Shown piece after piece: positions 1 through 9,243 of a DNA stretch of 64,000 nucleotides; the first letter of the stretch is position 1, and each line of letters begins with the position of its first letter. The stretch spans positions 1 through 64,000 of the forward strand of contig JARVGK010000001.1 in NCBI GenBank assembly GCA_029762535.1, given 5' to 3'. The notes beneath the pieces were generated by a model, which saw only the letters and a list, made by a program, of their open reading frames with translations, was not told where the DNA came from and searched no databases. Source of the DNA: Thermoplasmatota archaeon (GTDB lineage Archaea; Thermoplasmatota; Penumbrarchaeia; Penumbrarchaeales; Penumbrarchaeaceae). The translations under genes were made by a program, and so were the position numbers.

Positions 1-1781
1 CCAGCATCTGCGATCGGATCGGTCAGATCCACGATGGTCACGTTGAAAATGCTCTCTCCAACGTGACCTGCATTATCCGTCACTCTCAAAGTGACGGGGA
101 TCCTCCCCGGTCTATCGAAGAAGAATGAGACGTTGACGCCTTCGAGTACGTGGGATGTGCCGTAGTAATCGAACAACCATTCGTACTTGGCGATCCCCCC
201 GGTGTCCCAGGATCCGCTCCCGTTAAAGTAAAGGGTCGATCCCTCGTCAGCAAAGAGATCCCCTTGAGAGATCGCTTTCGGAGGCCTGGCATCAAGGACT
301 GTTATGTTGAAACTGTCCGAATCGTAATTACCGGCAAAGTCGTAAACGGTCATCTCAACGGGATAGTATCCGGGTATGTCGAAGAGGAATGCGAAGTCCA
401 ATGCGTCCTTCAATACAACAGTACCATTATAGGTGAAGTTCCATACCGCCCGGGTCACTAGATTGTTGTCATGACTTCTGTTCGAAGTAAATGGGTAATA
501 CGTGCCTTCATCTATCTCGACATCCTCTCCTGCAACGGCAACTGGTTTCTCCGTATCGAAAATAAGAGGGTACCTATCTATCAGATCCCCCACGACATAG
601 GGATCGTCCCCGTAACCGTCGGATCCCCACTGGTCCTGATTCGACCCTTTCATCCTATCGACTCCCTCATAATCGGACCAATAATTGCCTCCATATTTAT
701 AGGTATTATAAAGAAAATTATTACTGTTCGTGTATTTTATTTGAAAAGTATTGTTTATTATTTGGTTTTGAAAAGCTTTATGGTTTGTACCTTGAAAAAA
801 CATACCCACATAATTATCCTGAATCTTATTATTAAATACCTGTGATTTTGTCCCATTCAGAACCATCGCATATTTATTATCGATAAAATAACTATTCTTA
901 ATAATTACATTATTATTTTGACCATTGAGATAGATTCCTTCGTTGTTATTTGTGAATAAGCAGGAATCAACAACACAATTACTGTTTTCAATTCCACTTA
1001 TTATTTGAATCGCTGAATCACTTGGATTTGAATAATTAGAAAATATTGAATGTTTTATAATCCCATTTTTACTATATCCACATCGCAAGCCAGTTCCATT
1101 ACCCTGAAAAAAAGAATTATTAATATAACATCTATCACCAGAAAATATAAGAGAATTTATATTAGCGTTAAAATGGGAATTATTGATATAGATATTATAT
1201 CCGGTTAAAAGTAATTCAGTTTTATTAAAGTAACTATTATTGATATAGAGATCATTTATTCCTAAAGCTTCAATTTGACTATCGATCACAACAGAATTCT
1301 CTATAAAGTAAGTCCCTAAAGAAAAATGTAAGTTTCCGTTGATCTTACAATTCAAGATTTTAATATTATCATCTGAAGAACTGATACTCTCTGAATAATT
1401 AGCAACAATCTCGATATTATTAAAAATGACGTCAAGTCTTTTTGTTTCATTATGAATATGTATTGTGGTTATACCAAACGCTTTTTGTATGATTGTTGGC
1501 ATGCTTTCATTGTAAGAACTCAATGTTATTGAATTTTTTATCCATAATAACTCATTGATATAATAATTGCCCTCTTTTATATATATAATATCTCCATCAA
1601 TGGCAGCATCGATAGCTTCTTGGACATCTACATAATCGCTATTACCATCCAAAGATACCGTGATGATATTTGTCCTATTGATAGCAGATATTTTATCATT
1701 AAAGGAAAAAACTCCGAAGATTAATGCTATAAATAACAACAAAATTAATCCCTTTGCTATATTTTTTCCTACTATGTACAT
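1..1781 (-). CDS. Secreted/surface protein: NosD-like parallel beta-helix followed by PKD domains (partial, runs off left edge)
   Basis: Not in the ORF track because it has no stop in the window. Hand translation from ATG 1781: signal peptide (MYIVGKNIAKGLILLLFIALIFGVF), 'YVDVQEAIDAAIDGDIIYIKEGNY' beta-helix start, 'GGNYWSDYEGVD..DGYGDDPY..DRYPL' NosD C-terminal motif, PKD motifs 'PVAVAGEDVEIDEG' and 'VTLRVTDNAGH..DPIADAG'. Same frame at both ends. Confidence 0.85.
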   Translation of the reverse strand, partial: MYIVGKNIAKGLILLLFIALIFGVFSFNDKISAINRTNIITVSLDGNSDYVDVQEAIDAAIDGDIIYIKEGNYYINELLWIKNSITLSSYNESMPTIIQKAFGITTIHIHNETKRLDVIFNNIEIVANYSESISSSDDNIKILNCKINGNLHFSLGTYFIENSVVIDSQIEALGINDLYINNSYFNKTELLLTGYNIYINNSHFNANINSLIFSGDRCYINNSFFQGNGTGLRCGYSKNGIIKHSIFSNYSNPSDSAIQIISGIENSNCVVDSCLFTNNNEGIYLNGQNNNVIIKNSYFIDNKYAMVLNGTKSQVFNNKIQDNYVGMFFQGTNHKAFQNQIINNTFQIKYTNSNNFLYNTYKYGGNYWSDYEGVDRMKGSNQDQWGSDGYGDDPYVVGDLIDRYPLIFDTEKPVAVAGEDVEIDEGTYYPFTSNRSHDNNLVTRAVWNFTYNGTVVLKDALDFAFLFDIPGYYPVEMTVYDFAGNYDSDSFNITVLDARPPKAISQGDLFADEGSTLYFNGSGSWDTGGIAKYEWLFDYYGTSHVLEGVNVSFFFDRPGRIPVTLRVTDNAGHVGESIFNVTIVDLTDPIADA

Positions 1782-1906
1782 GTCTCTTATATAATAATAA
1801 TCTATTATAATACACTTTCGCTTCCCATAGGTGCGTGGCGTACAAGAATCAAAGTAAGATTGACTACCCCCATTCCTATTGGTCGGTTTTTTAGATAACG
1901 CAGTTA

Positions 1907-3285
1907 TCATGGATCACATCCGTAAAGCACCGCAGATCCTGATCGTTGCCAAGTTCCATGGAAAACTATTGTATCAGATGAATTTTTGTATATGGCGACA
2001 TCAACGTAATCGGAGTCATATTCAGAAGTGTCTGCATTTCTTTGCTCTAAAAAGGCAGCATTATTATTTCTAATCTTATAATATACATCATCACTTGTAG
2101 TCCATATTACACAACATTTGTAAGTAGAAGCATCTGACCAAAATGAATCTACTGCAACATATCTTAAGTTATTAAAACCGGAATCTCCATCATCGTCAAT
2201 TTCAATATAATTGAAGGTGCCGCCACCATCTAAGGATCGAGCATATTTAACTTTATCATTATTATCTTCGTTTTTTATCCAAACAATATCAACAGTATTA
2301 CCATTTCCCCCTTGGACTTGGCCAATAACTGATACGTCCGGCCATCCCATTGATCCATCACCTAAAGTTGTTTCATCAATGGTAAAGGGTGGGTTTAAAT
2401 TCAAATTGTTTCTGCCCGATGTTCCATATTTAAGGACTATAAAATCATCCGATATTTGAGGATTACTCTCTTGATGATATTTGTCATAGACAATATATAA
2501 ATTGATTAAATCCTCATTATATATAATACAATCTATAGCGGGTTCTTTATAATCATCACTATAAGATGTCGGTGATACGATATTGGAAATATCAATATAA
2601 TTACCTGCGTTGTCGGTATATTTTCTCCAAAGTTGGATACCGTATCTATTTGTATAAGATGCCGATTCATTTTGCCAAACTACGTTTAAAAAAAAACTTT
2701 AGAATCCCCGCCAGAATATGATTCAGTAGCGACTTTTGGATATTTATCATTTTCATCATTGTTATCAGATATGCTAAAAGAACTGCCAATCGTTGGAGGA
2801 GAAGAAGAACAATCAATGATGCAACCCTGAATATCCCAATCATCATTTGTTCCATATTGTTCATCTTCCAGCCTTTGTTGCCAAACAACTATCGCTTTAA
2901 CCTTACTACTGTCCCTATAATCTACATAAAATTGAATATCTGGGTGATCTTGGTCTAAATCTTCATCAGAGTCGATCCAAGCAAACCACCATCCAACACT
3001 AGGAAGATTAAGAGCTATACGAATTTGTTGAGCATATCCAATTTCAGAAACAAAGACTATTCCAGTATAATGATTATTACTAATGCGTATTGCATCTATT
3101 TGAGGATGATATGATGGAATGTATAATTCACTTCCTGTTGTATATGGATCTTCGGAGTTTTTATCATTTCCAATATATCCGGAGATTTTGTAACTGTTGT
3201 ATTCCATTGAATTAGCGATCACACTGACAGGTAGGATTAACATAATTATTATTCCTACACTGATGCCGAAATAATATCTTTTCAT
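1907..3285 (-). pseudogene. Secreted beta-propeller-like protein (Asp-box/BNR) interrupted by a frameshift in a T9 run (2688-2696)
   Basis: ORFs 2686..3294 and 1907..2404 join into one ~460 aa frame if the T9 is T10 or T7. The intervening 2404-2686 is stop-free in the downstream frame (LNVVWQNESASYTNRYGIQLW...). Signal peptide, repeated P-x-I/V and VVWQ/IVW blade motifs, Asp-box SLDGGGTF. RBS GAGGTG before ATG 3285. Confidence 0.75.
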
Positions 3286-3313
3286 TTTTTTCACCTCTTT
3301 ATATCCAAAATAT

Positions 3314-4027
3314 TTATGACCCCTGATAAATGACGGGATCCTGCCCGGATCCCTGGAGTAGTTCCACCTCCTTGGTGAATGCTTCTATGTAATCTACTAT
3401 GCCGTCCGAATCCAGATCCGCCGTGGGATCCTCCAGGCTCCTGGTTATATTGAATAAGTCTGGATTCATTTGCTGATTGGATCCCATGGAGCAGATCACG
3501 TCTCGCGAGGGATCCGCAAGATCCTCACCTCCAAGGCCGGATCGCTCACCGTTAAGGATCACGGTCATCGATGAACACTGGATCTGGTCCAACCACGAAT
3601 CGATTGTCAAGGCCGATATATTGCCGTCGTCGAAGGCAAAATAGGTCTCGTCGAAGACCTTCTTCGCATGATCCGAGATGTATATGACGATCTCATCAGA
3701 AGGAAGGGAATTCGATATCAACCATTGGAAAGCGGCCTGGACATTGGAAACGGTGGCAGGTCCGTCCGCACCTGATTCGGACGGATCAGTCAGGTAATAG
3801 ATGTCGTTATCGGTACATGTATTTTTTATATACTCATAGAAGGAGGCGGACTTGGATAGTTCCTCTGGAGAGTAGCCATCCGATCCAGAAACGATGATCA
3901 GGCATTTGTTCACCGGCGGATTCTCTCCGTTGGCCCTGATGGAGATAACGATCAGGATCAAAAGGATCGAAGAAAAGACGATGAAAGAGAATATCGATCC
4001 CCGGATTTTCTCATCTTTCCCGTCCAT
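3314..4027 (-). CDS. Secreted/membrane-anchored caspase/legumain-fold (clan CD, C13-like) protein, catalytic Cys absent
   Basis: N-terminal hydrophobic segment; 'ATVSNVQAAFQWL', 'IVIYISDHA' (His motif), 'VILNGERSG' where D-x-C-x-S-G is expected, C-terminal 'ADLDSDGIVDYIEAF..QDP'. Confidence 0.7.
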   Translation of the reverse strand: MDGKDEKIRGSIFSFIVFSSILLILIVISIRANGENPPVNKCLIIVSGSDGYSPEELSKSASFYEYIKNTCTDNDIYYLTDPSESGADGPATVSNVQAAFQWLISNSLPSDEIVIYISDHAKKVFDETYFAFDDGNISALTIDSWLDQIQCSSMTVILNGERSGLGGEDLADPSRDVICSMGSNQQMNPDLFNITRSLEDPTADLDSDGIVDYIEAFTKEVELLQGSGQDPVIYQGS

Positions 4028-4049
4028 GATGATTTGATGAGAATATGTC

Positions 4050-5420
4050 CTATTTACCTTTTTCTTGCTTTTCGGATGCAGAAAGGGGGGGCTTTATATA
4101 GGCAAATGTACGGGGTGGATAACCATTCTCGACGAGGCATTCGTTTAATACTTCTTGCCATTCATCTTTTTTCTTAGCATACCTGAGAGGGTAAGCCTCC
4201 GCTCTGTCATAGGAATCATAGGCTTTATCGATCTTGCCTTGACGGATGTAAAGCAATGCTTTGTTATATTCGATGTCAGCCAATCCTTCGAGATCGTCAT
4301 ATTTCCGAAGAATTTCTTCCGCCCTTCTGATCTTGTTCCATGCGGTCCGATGGTTTCCCTTCATTGATTCGCAGTCGGCAAGATTTATCTCTATCAGCGC
4401 TTTGGTCCAGATAAGATCGTATTTGTTGGTAAGGATCAAAGCTCTCTTCCAGGTCCTTTCAGCAAGATTAAATCTCCTCTGCCTGAAATAATGAACTCCA
4501 AGGCTGTTACATAGTTCGGTTCTGGTCCTTTGCATATTCAGGGCTTTCATCATGCCTTCACTCGTACGGTAGAGACGGGTTGCCTTGTCGTGGTCTCTCA
4601 TGTCTGACAGAATATCGGCCTGCAGATAGAGCAACAAAGCCTTGTGAAAAGGGTCCTTCACTCTTTTCAGCAGTTTCACAACCTCGTTCAGGGCCGATTC
4701 GGGACCCTTAATGGCTTTGAGGCATTCCATGCATCCGATTAAGCACACTATCCAGTGACCGGGCGTCAGGCTCTTCTCAGACCTCAGTCCGTCGAAGAGG
4801 CTGAAAGCCTCTTCTATCTTGCTTCCACGCCGCTTTACTTCGGCAATGATCAGGTTATCGCTTACTTTCGATGGATCAATAGTATCATGCACCTGTTCCG
4901 GCTTGATCCCGAGCATAGAAAGGCCAGAGTACAGATCGTCAACTTTTATCTGAGCATCAACTCCTTGATCCAATATTTCATCCATCTTCAACCTCTCTTC
5001 CGATCCGGGACGGAGAGCTTTTTTAGTGTTCAAGTAATCAATGATGTCGAAGCATTTATTTTGCCGAATAGCTGCCGCAACTTCTATGTACGATTTCTGG
5101 TCCTTGATGAGAGGCATTATGGTTCTGATTTGACAGATTCCCGAGGTGGAATTCTTTTCGGGTATCAGGTCTCGATCCATCATATCCGTATAGAGCCTTT
5201 CGTGTAAATGTGCACCTTCAGCGGTAAAATAGAAAGCGTTCATTTGTTCTTCAATCATGCCCATATCTCGAAGGTGTTTCATGTGGCGATTCAAGGTGTC
5301 TGTTTGGATCCCTAAGAGATATCTCAATGCCTCACTTCCGGGAGGATGGTTCACACCAAATAAATTGAATGATCCGATGGCAAGTAGGATGAACTCTTCG
5401 CGCTTCCTAATGTGATCCAC
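4050..5420 (-). CDS. Winged-helix plus TPR-repeat putative transcriptional regulator
   Basis: N-terminal 'LRYLLGIQTDTLNRHMKHLRDMGMIEE..FYFTAEG' wHTH; C-terminal TPR-like helices (NSLGVHY, INLADC, YNKALLY). Confidence 0.75.
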   Translation of the reverse strand: MDHIRKREEFILLAIGSFNLFGVNHPPGSEALRYLLGIQTDTLNRHMKHLRDMGMIEEQMNAFYFTAEGAHLHERLYTDMMDRDLIPEKNSTSGICQIRTIMPLIKDQKSYIEVAAAIRQNKCFDIIDYLNTKKALRPGSEERLKMDEILDQGVDAQIKVDDLYSGLSMLGIKPEQVHDTIDPSKVSDNLIIAEVKRRGSKIEEAFSLFDGLRSEKSLTPGHWIVCLIGCMECLKAIKGPESALNEVVKLLKRVKDPFHKALLLYLQADILSDMRDHDKATRLYRTSEGMMKALNMQRTRTELCNSLGVHYFRQRRFNLAERTWKRALILTNKYDLIWTKALIEINLADCESMKGNHRTAWNKIRRAEEILRKYDDLEGLADIEYNKALLYIRQGKIDKAYDSYDRAEAYPLRYAKKKDEWQEVLNECLVENGYPPRTFAYIKPPLSASEKQEKGK

Positions 5421-5791
5421 CTCTGTTTAAAAATAAAGCCTATTTATTTAACCCTTTTCGGTCCCCGTAACAATTTATTTGAAACCATTGTTGAAAATCT
5501 CCTGGTGATCTCGCTATCATATAGATGATACCATGTCATCTGGGAAACAAATCGATGCCTGCTTCTACAACGGATCAGAAAATCCGAACAGGAGCACCTG
5601 ACACATCTATCGAGGAGGAATTCCACGGTTCTTTGTAGGCCAGATCGGACTCATTTACTTTTTCTATGATAACCGCTCGCTCCGTAACAATGTCCAGAAT
5701 ATATAAGCAGGTTGTCATTTGGCCTTGTACTAAATTCCTACGGTTAATCGAAGAGTGGTCTGTACAATATAACTGATGTGTCAGGTCATTC

Positions 5792-7093
5792 TCATTCGGT
5801 GGGATCCGAAACCTTTCCCATGAAGAGGATCGAGTTCGTCTCCTTGTGCATGATGAGGAACATGAAGGGGCGATCCGCCTTGAACGTGGGGATCTCTGGA
5901 CCTATCGAGAGCCTTCCCACTATCACCGCCGTCGCTGCAGCGGCCTCGGTTCCCTCCTCATTCACCTTTACGAAGGACTTGTGCAGCACCGCGGAAACGA
6001 ACAGAGGCTCGATCCCGGCGTTGAGGCCGCTGAGATCGGCCCTTGCGGGATCGAAGGCATCCACCATCCCGAGGGCCTCGAGAGGCTCCTTCAAGCTGTG
6101 ATCGGCCTCGATCTCGAAGCGGGGCATGTGCACGTTCACCTCGGATCCATTCATACCGGAGAGGACGTCGTTCAGTTTATCGGCAGAGAAGGACCGCTCC
6201 AGGGAGGAAATGTCGTTGCCGGAGGGTAAGAGGACGATCATCGACAGCTCCTCTCCCTTGTAAGGGAGCTCGACCGCCTGCAAAGAGTCGTCCTCGTAAT
6301 AGTTCAACCCCTGCTCGACCTTCATGCTCATCATAGGGGCCTTGACCGTCGAACCGGAGGAGAGGGTGAAATCCTCTTCCTTCGTATCCTTCTTGTTGAA
6401 CTCGTAGAGCCACTCTCCGTAGAAGTATATGGCGTTCGTGAGGACCATCACGGTAAGCGGATCGATGGCCCCTTCGGGGATCAGGTCCTTGATCCTGTCC
6501 CTTGTCTGCTCCTTTACCCAGGCGTTGATGGTTTGCCTGGACCCGTCCGGATCGTTCTCGAAGTCCAGCTCCTGGACGCCCCCGTAGTAATACTGCACGA
6601 TGAGATCGAAGAAGGACGGAAGGAAAGGATATCCCTCCTGCGGCCATATCCTGTTCGCCGAAGATAGTTCGAACTCGCCGCTGTTGTTCCTTATCAGGTT
6701 CTGCATCCTGGCGAAGGATGCCCTGCGGGACAGATCGTCCTCTGGCAGATACATCATGTCATGCATCTGGCCAGCGGTGTCGTTCCTCGCCCCTTCATAT
6801 GTCATCGAGAGGGCAGTGAAGATCGAATACGGCGATATGAAGGCGTTCTCTCCGTTCTCGGAGAGCTTCAGGTACATGTCGATCCCGAAGCGGTTCAATG
6901 CTCCGGACATGTCCTCCACTCCCTGCTGTGTCGCCCCGGTCTCGTTGAGCCCGATCCCGTCCCAGGGGATCTCATCCCCGGGATGGATATCGCCCTTCTC
7001 CGTGCACCCAGAAAGTGGGATCACGAGCAGTATGAAGGCCATCGAAGCCGCCCAGAGGAGGCGATCCCTTGTTCTATCCATGGCCGCTACCAT
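5792..7093 (-). CDS. Serpin (serine protease inhibitor), lipoprotein
   Basis: Lipobox LSGC; 'FISPYSI', 'LTNAIYFYGEW', hinge 'EEGTEAAAAT', signature 'FKADRPFMFLI..ILFMGKV.DP'. Confidence 0.95.
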   Translation of the reverse strand: MVAAMDRTRDRLLWAASMAFILLVIPLSGCTEKGDIHPGDEIPWDGIGLNETGATQQGVEDMSGALNRFGIDMYLKLSENGENAFISPYSIFTALSMTYEGARNDTAGQMHDMMYLPEDDLSRRASFARMQNLIRNNSGEFELSSANRIWPQEGYPFLPSFFDLIVQYYYGGVQELDFENDPDGSRQTINAWVKEQTRDRIKDLIPEGAIDPLTVMVLTNAIYFYGEWLYEFNKKDTKEEDFTLSSGSTVKAPMMSMKVEQGLNYYEDDSLQAVELPYKGEELSMIVLLPSGNDISSLERSFSADKLNDVLSGMNGSEVNVHMPRFEIEADHSLKEPLEALGMVDAFDPARADLSGLNAGIEPLFVSAVLHKSFVKVNEEGTEAAAATAVIVGRLSIGPEIPTFKADRPFMFLIMHKETNSILFMGKVSDPTE

Positions 7094-7174
7094 CCCTTAT
7101 GCGTTGTAAAGTATTTTTTGGTGAAACGATGAAAATCGACCGGTCCATACGGATCAAACCCGGTCAAAATACCT

Positions 7175-8497
7175 TTACATTTTCTTCATGAACTCCGAGA
7201 GGATCCCATAAAGGTCCGGTTTGCCTATGACCTGGAGATCGTATCTCACCCTGATAAGGGGCTTCTCCACCTTCAGAACCCTCCTGAGATCGATAGGCGT
7301 TCCCGAGATGACTACATCGCAGTCCGCGGCGTTTATCGTTTCCTGAAGGTCCATGACCTGCGCCTCCCCGTATCCCATTGCGGGGAGGACATCCTCGAGA
7401 TGATCGTACTTTTGAAACGTATCCAAGATCGATCCCGAGGCGAACGGCCTGGGATCCACGATTGATGCCGCCCCGAACTTCAAGGCGGCGACGTATCCGG
7501 CACCATATCCCATGCCTCCATGGGTTACCGTGGGGCCGTCCTCGACTATGAGTGCCCTCTTTCCCTGGATCATATCGGGGTCCTCCACACTTAGCGGGGA
7601 TGCGGCATCTATGATGACCGCAAGCGGGTTGATCTCCCTGACGTTGTTCCTGACCTCCTCCACATCCTCCGGATAGGCGGAGTCGATCTTGTTGATTATG
7701 ACGACATCGGACATCCTGACATTCGTCTCCCCCGGATAATATGAGGTCTCATCCCCAGGTCTTAATGGGTCCACGACGGTTATCATCAGATCCGGCTTGT
7801 AGAACGGCATATCGTTGTTCCCTCCGTCCCAGAGGATTACATCGGCCTCCTTCTCGGCCTCTGCTAGTATATCGGCGTAGTCCACGCCTGCATAGACCAC
7901 CGATCCCCTGTCGATATGGGGCTCGTATTCCTCCCGTTCCTCGATCGTGCATTCGTGTTTGTCGAGATCCTCGTATGTGGCAAAGCGCTGCACCCTTTGT
8001 CTGACGAGATCCCCGTAAGGCATCGGATGCCTTATGGCGACGACCTTCTTCCCGGCGTTCTTGAAGAACTCCGCTATGAACCTAGTTGTCTGAGACTTGC
8101 CCGCGCCGGTCCTCGAGGCGCAAATGGCTATGACCGGTTTCTTTGACCCGATCAGGGTGTTCTTGTGCCCCATGAGCATGAAATCCGCGCCTGAGGCGTT
8201 GACCCTGGAGGCCTTCTGCATCACTGTCTGATACGACAGGTCGGAGTAGGCGAGGACACAGAGGTCTATCCGTTGGTCCCTGATGATCGTCTCAAGCTCG
8301 TCCTCGGGCTTGATGGGTATGCCACTGGGGTATAGCTTTCCGGCGATCTGCGCAGGATATGTCTTGTCATCGATCCAGGGGATCTGCGTGGCCGTGAAGG
8401 CGACCACCTCGTAGTTCTCGTTGTCCCTGAAGAAGACGTTGAAGTTGTGAAAGTCCCTGCCTGCAGCTCCTAATATGACCGTTCTCGTTCGAACCAT
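7175..8497 (-). CDS. Cyclic 2,3-diphosphoglycerate synthetase-like P-loop GTPase (COG2403)
   Basis: 'GAAGRDFHNFN', 'RTGAGKSQT', 'RHPMPYG', 'TIEEREEYEPH', 'WDGGNND'. Start set at ATG 8497 after RBS GGTGAT. Confidence 0.85.
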   Translation of the reverse strand: MVRTRTVILGAAGRDFHNFNVFFRDNENYEVVAFTATQIPWIDDKTYPAQIAGKLYPSGIPIKPEDELETIIRDQRIDLCVLAYSDLSYQTVMQKASRVNASGADFMLMGHKNTLIGSKKPVIAICASRTGAGKSQTTRFIAEFFKNAGKKVVAIRHPMPYGDLVRQRVQRFATYEDLDKHECTIEEREEYEPHIDRGSVVYAGVDYADILAEAEKEADVILWDGGNNDMPFYKPDLMITVVDPLRPGDETSYYPGETNVRMSDVVIINKIDSAYPEDVEEVRNNVREINPLAVIIDAASPLSVEDPDMIQGKRALIVEDGPTVTHGGMGYGAGYVAALKFGAASIVDPRPFASGSILDTFQKYDHLEDVLPAMGYGEAQVMDLQETINAADCDVVISGTPIDLRRVLKVEKPLIRVRYDLQVIGKPDLYGILSEFMKKM

Positions 8498-8651
8498 GCG
8501 TATCACCTTTGGTCCAGACGGAGTCACGGACATGTTCCCGGCCGAGGGATCCGATCCCCAACAAGACGGCCCGATCGCATGCCCGGACCGCACCTATGCG
8601 GTCATGGACGTTTGGGCCTAAAGATGAGGTCTCAAATATAGATTGCTATTA

Positions 8652-9122
8652 TTATTTCCTCTCTTGTATGATCTCTTTGAGGATCTTAAGGGAACGGCCA
8701 ACGTGCTCGGACGTCCTCATCTGGGAGTTGAAAACATATCTGATCACGCCTGAAGCGTCCACGACGTAGGTGACCCTGCCCGGGAGGATCCCAAGGCTCT
8801 TCGGAACTCCGAAGGCAGAGCGCACCTCACCGTCAACGTCGGAGAGGAGGGTGAAGGGCAGGGAGTGCTTCTCAGCGAAGCGTCTATGAGACCCCACATC
8901 ATCTGAGCTGATCCCGATCACTTCCACGCCCATGTCCGTGAAGTACTCGAAAGCGTCCCTGAAAGAGCAAGCCTGGGCGGTGCAACCGGGGGTATCGTCA
9001 TGCGGGTAGAAATAGAACACCGCAGGCCGTGACAATTCATTGGACCTGAACGTTTTGCCATTCTGGTCCGGCAGCTCGAATTCCGGGATCCGGTCCCCGA
9101 CGTCCAATCGTTCGTCCGACAT
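8652..9122 (-). CDS. bcp: Peroxiredoxin, Bcp/PrxQ type
   Basis: 'FYFYPHDDTPGCTAQACSFRD' (CxxxxC), 'GISSD', 'LPFTLLSD'. Confidence 0.92.
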   Translation of the reverse strand: MSDERLDVGDRIPEFELPDQNGKTFRSNELSRPAVFYFYPHDDTPGCTAQACSFRDAFEYFTDMGVEVIGISSDDVGSHRRFAEKHSLPFTLLSDVDGEVRSAFGVPKSLGILPGRVTYVVDASGVIRYVFNSQMRTSEHVGRSLKILKEIIQERK

Positions 9123-9243
9123 GCCATGCACCGAACGAGGCAGAGCAGGACGCGTTATTAAGCTTGTTGTTTAGCATGTCAGGGTATTGTAGGAAATGAT
9201 ATTTTATACGATGAAGGCGAATATCTCCCTGACAGGTGATGAC

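Noticed and set aside
150-845. Plus-strand ORFs 150..461 and 471..845
   Set aside because: Shadows of the real minus-strand beta-helix/PKD gene.
660-3313. Diversity-generating retroelement or prophage as cause of the variable region
   Set aside because: No reverse transcriptase, template/variable repeat pair or viral gene seen in the window.
5421-5791. Intergenic region with CCGTAACAAT twice and TATCAT-N4-ATGATA; considered as att site, IS scar or small gene
   Set aside because: Repeats are short and do not bracket the AT-rich cassette; no integrase or transposase; 60-aa ORF has no coding features.
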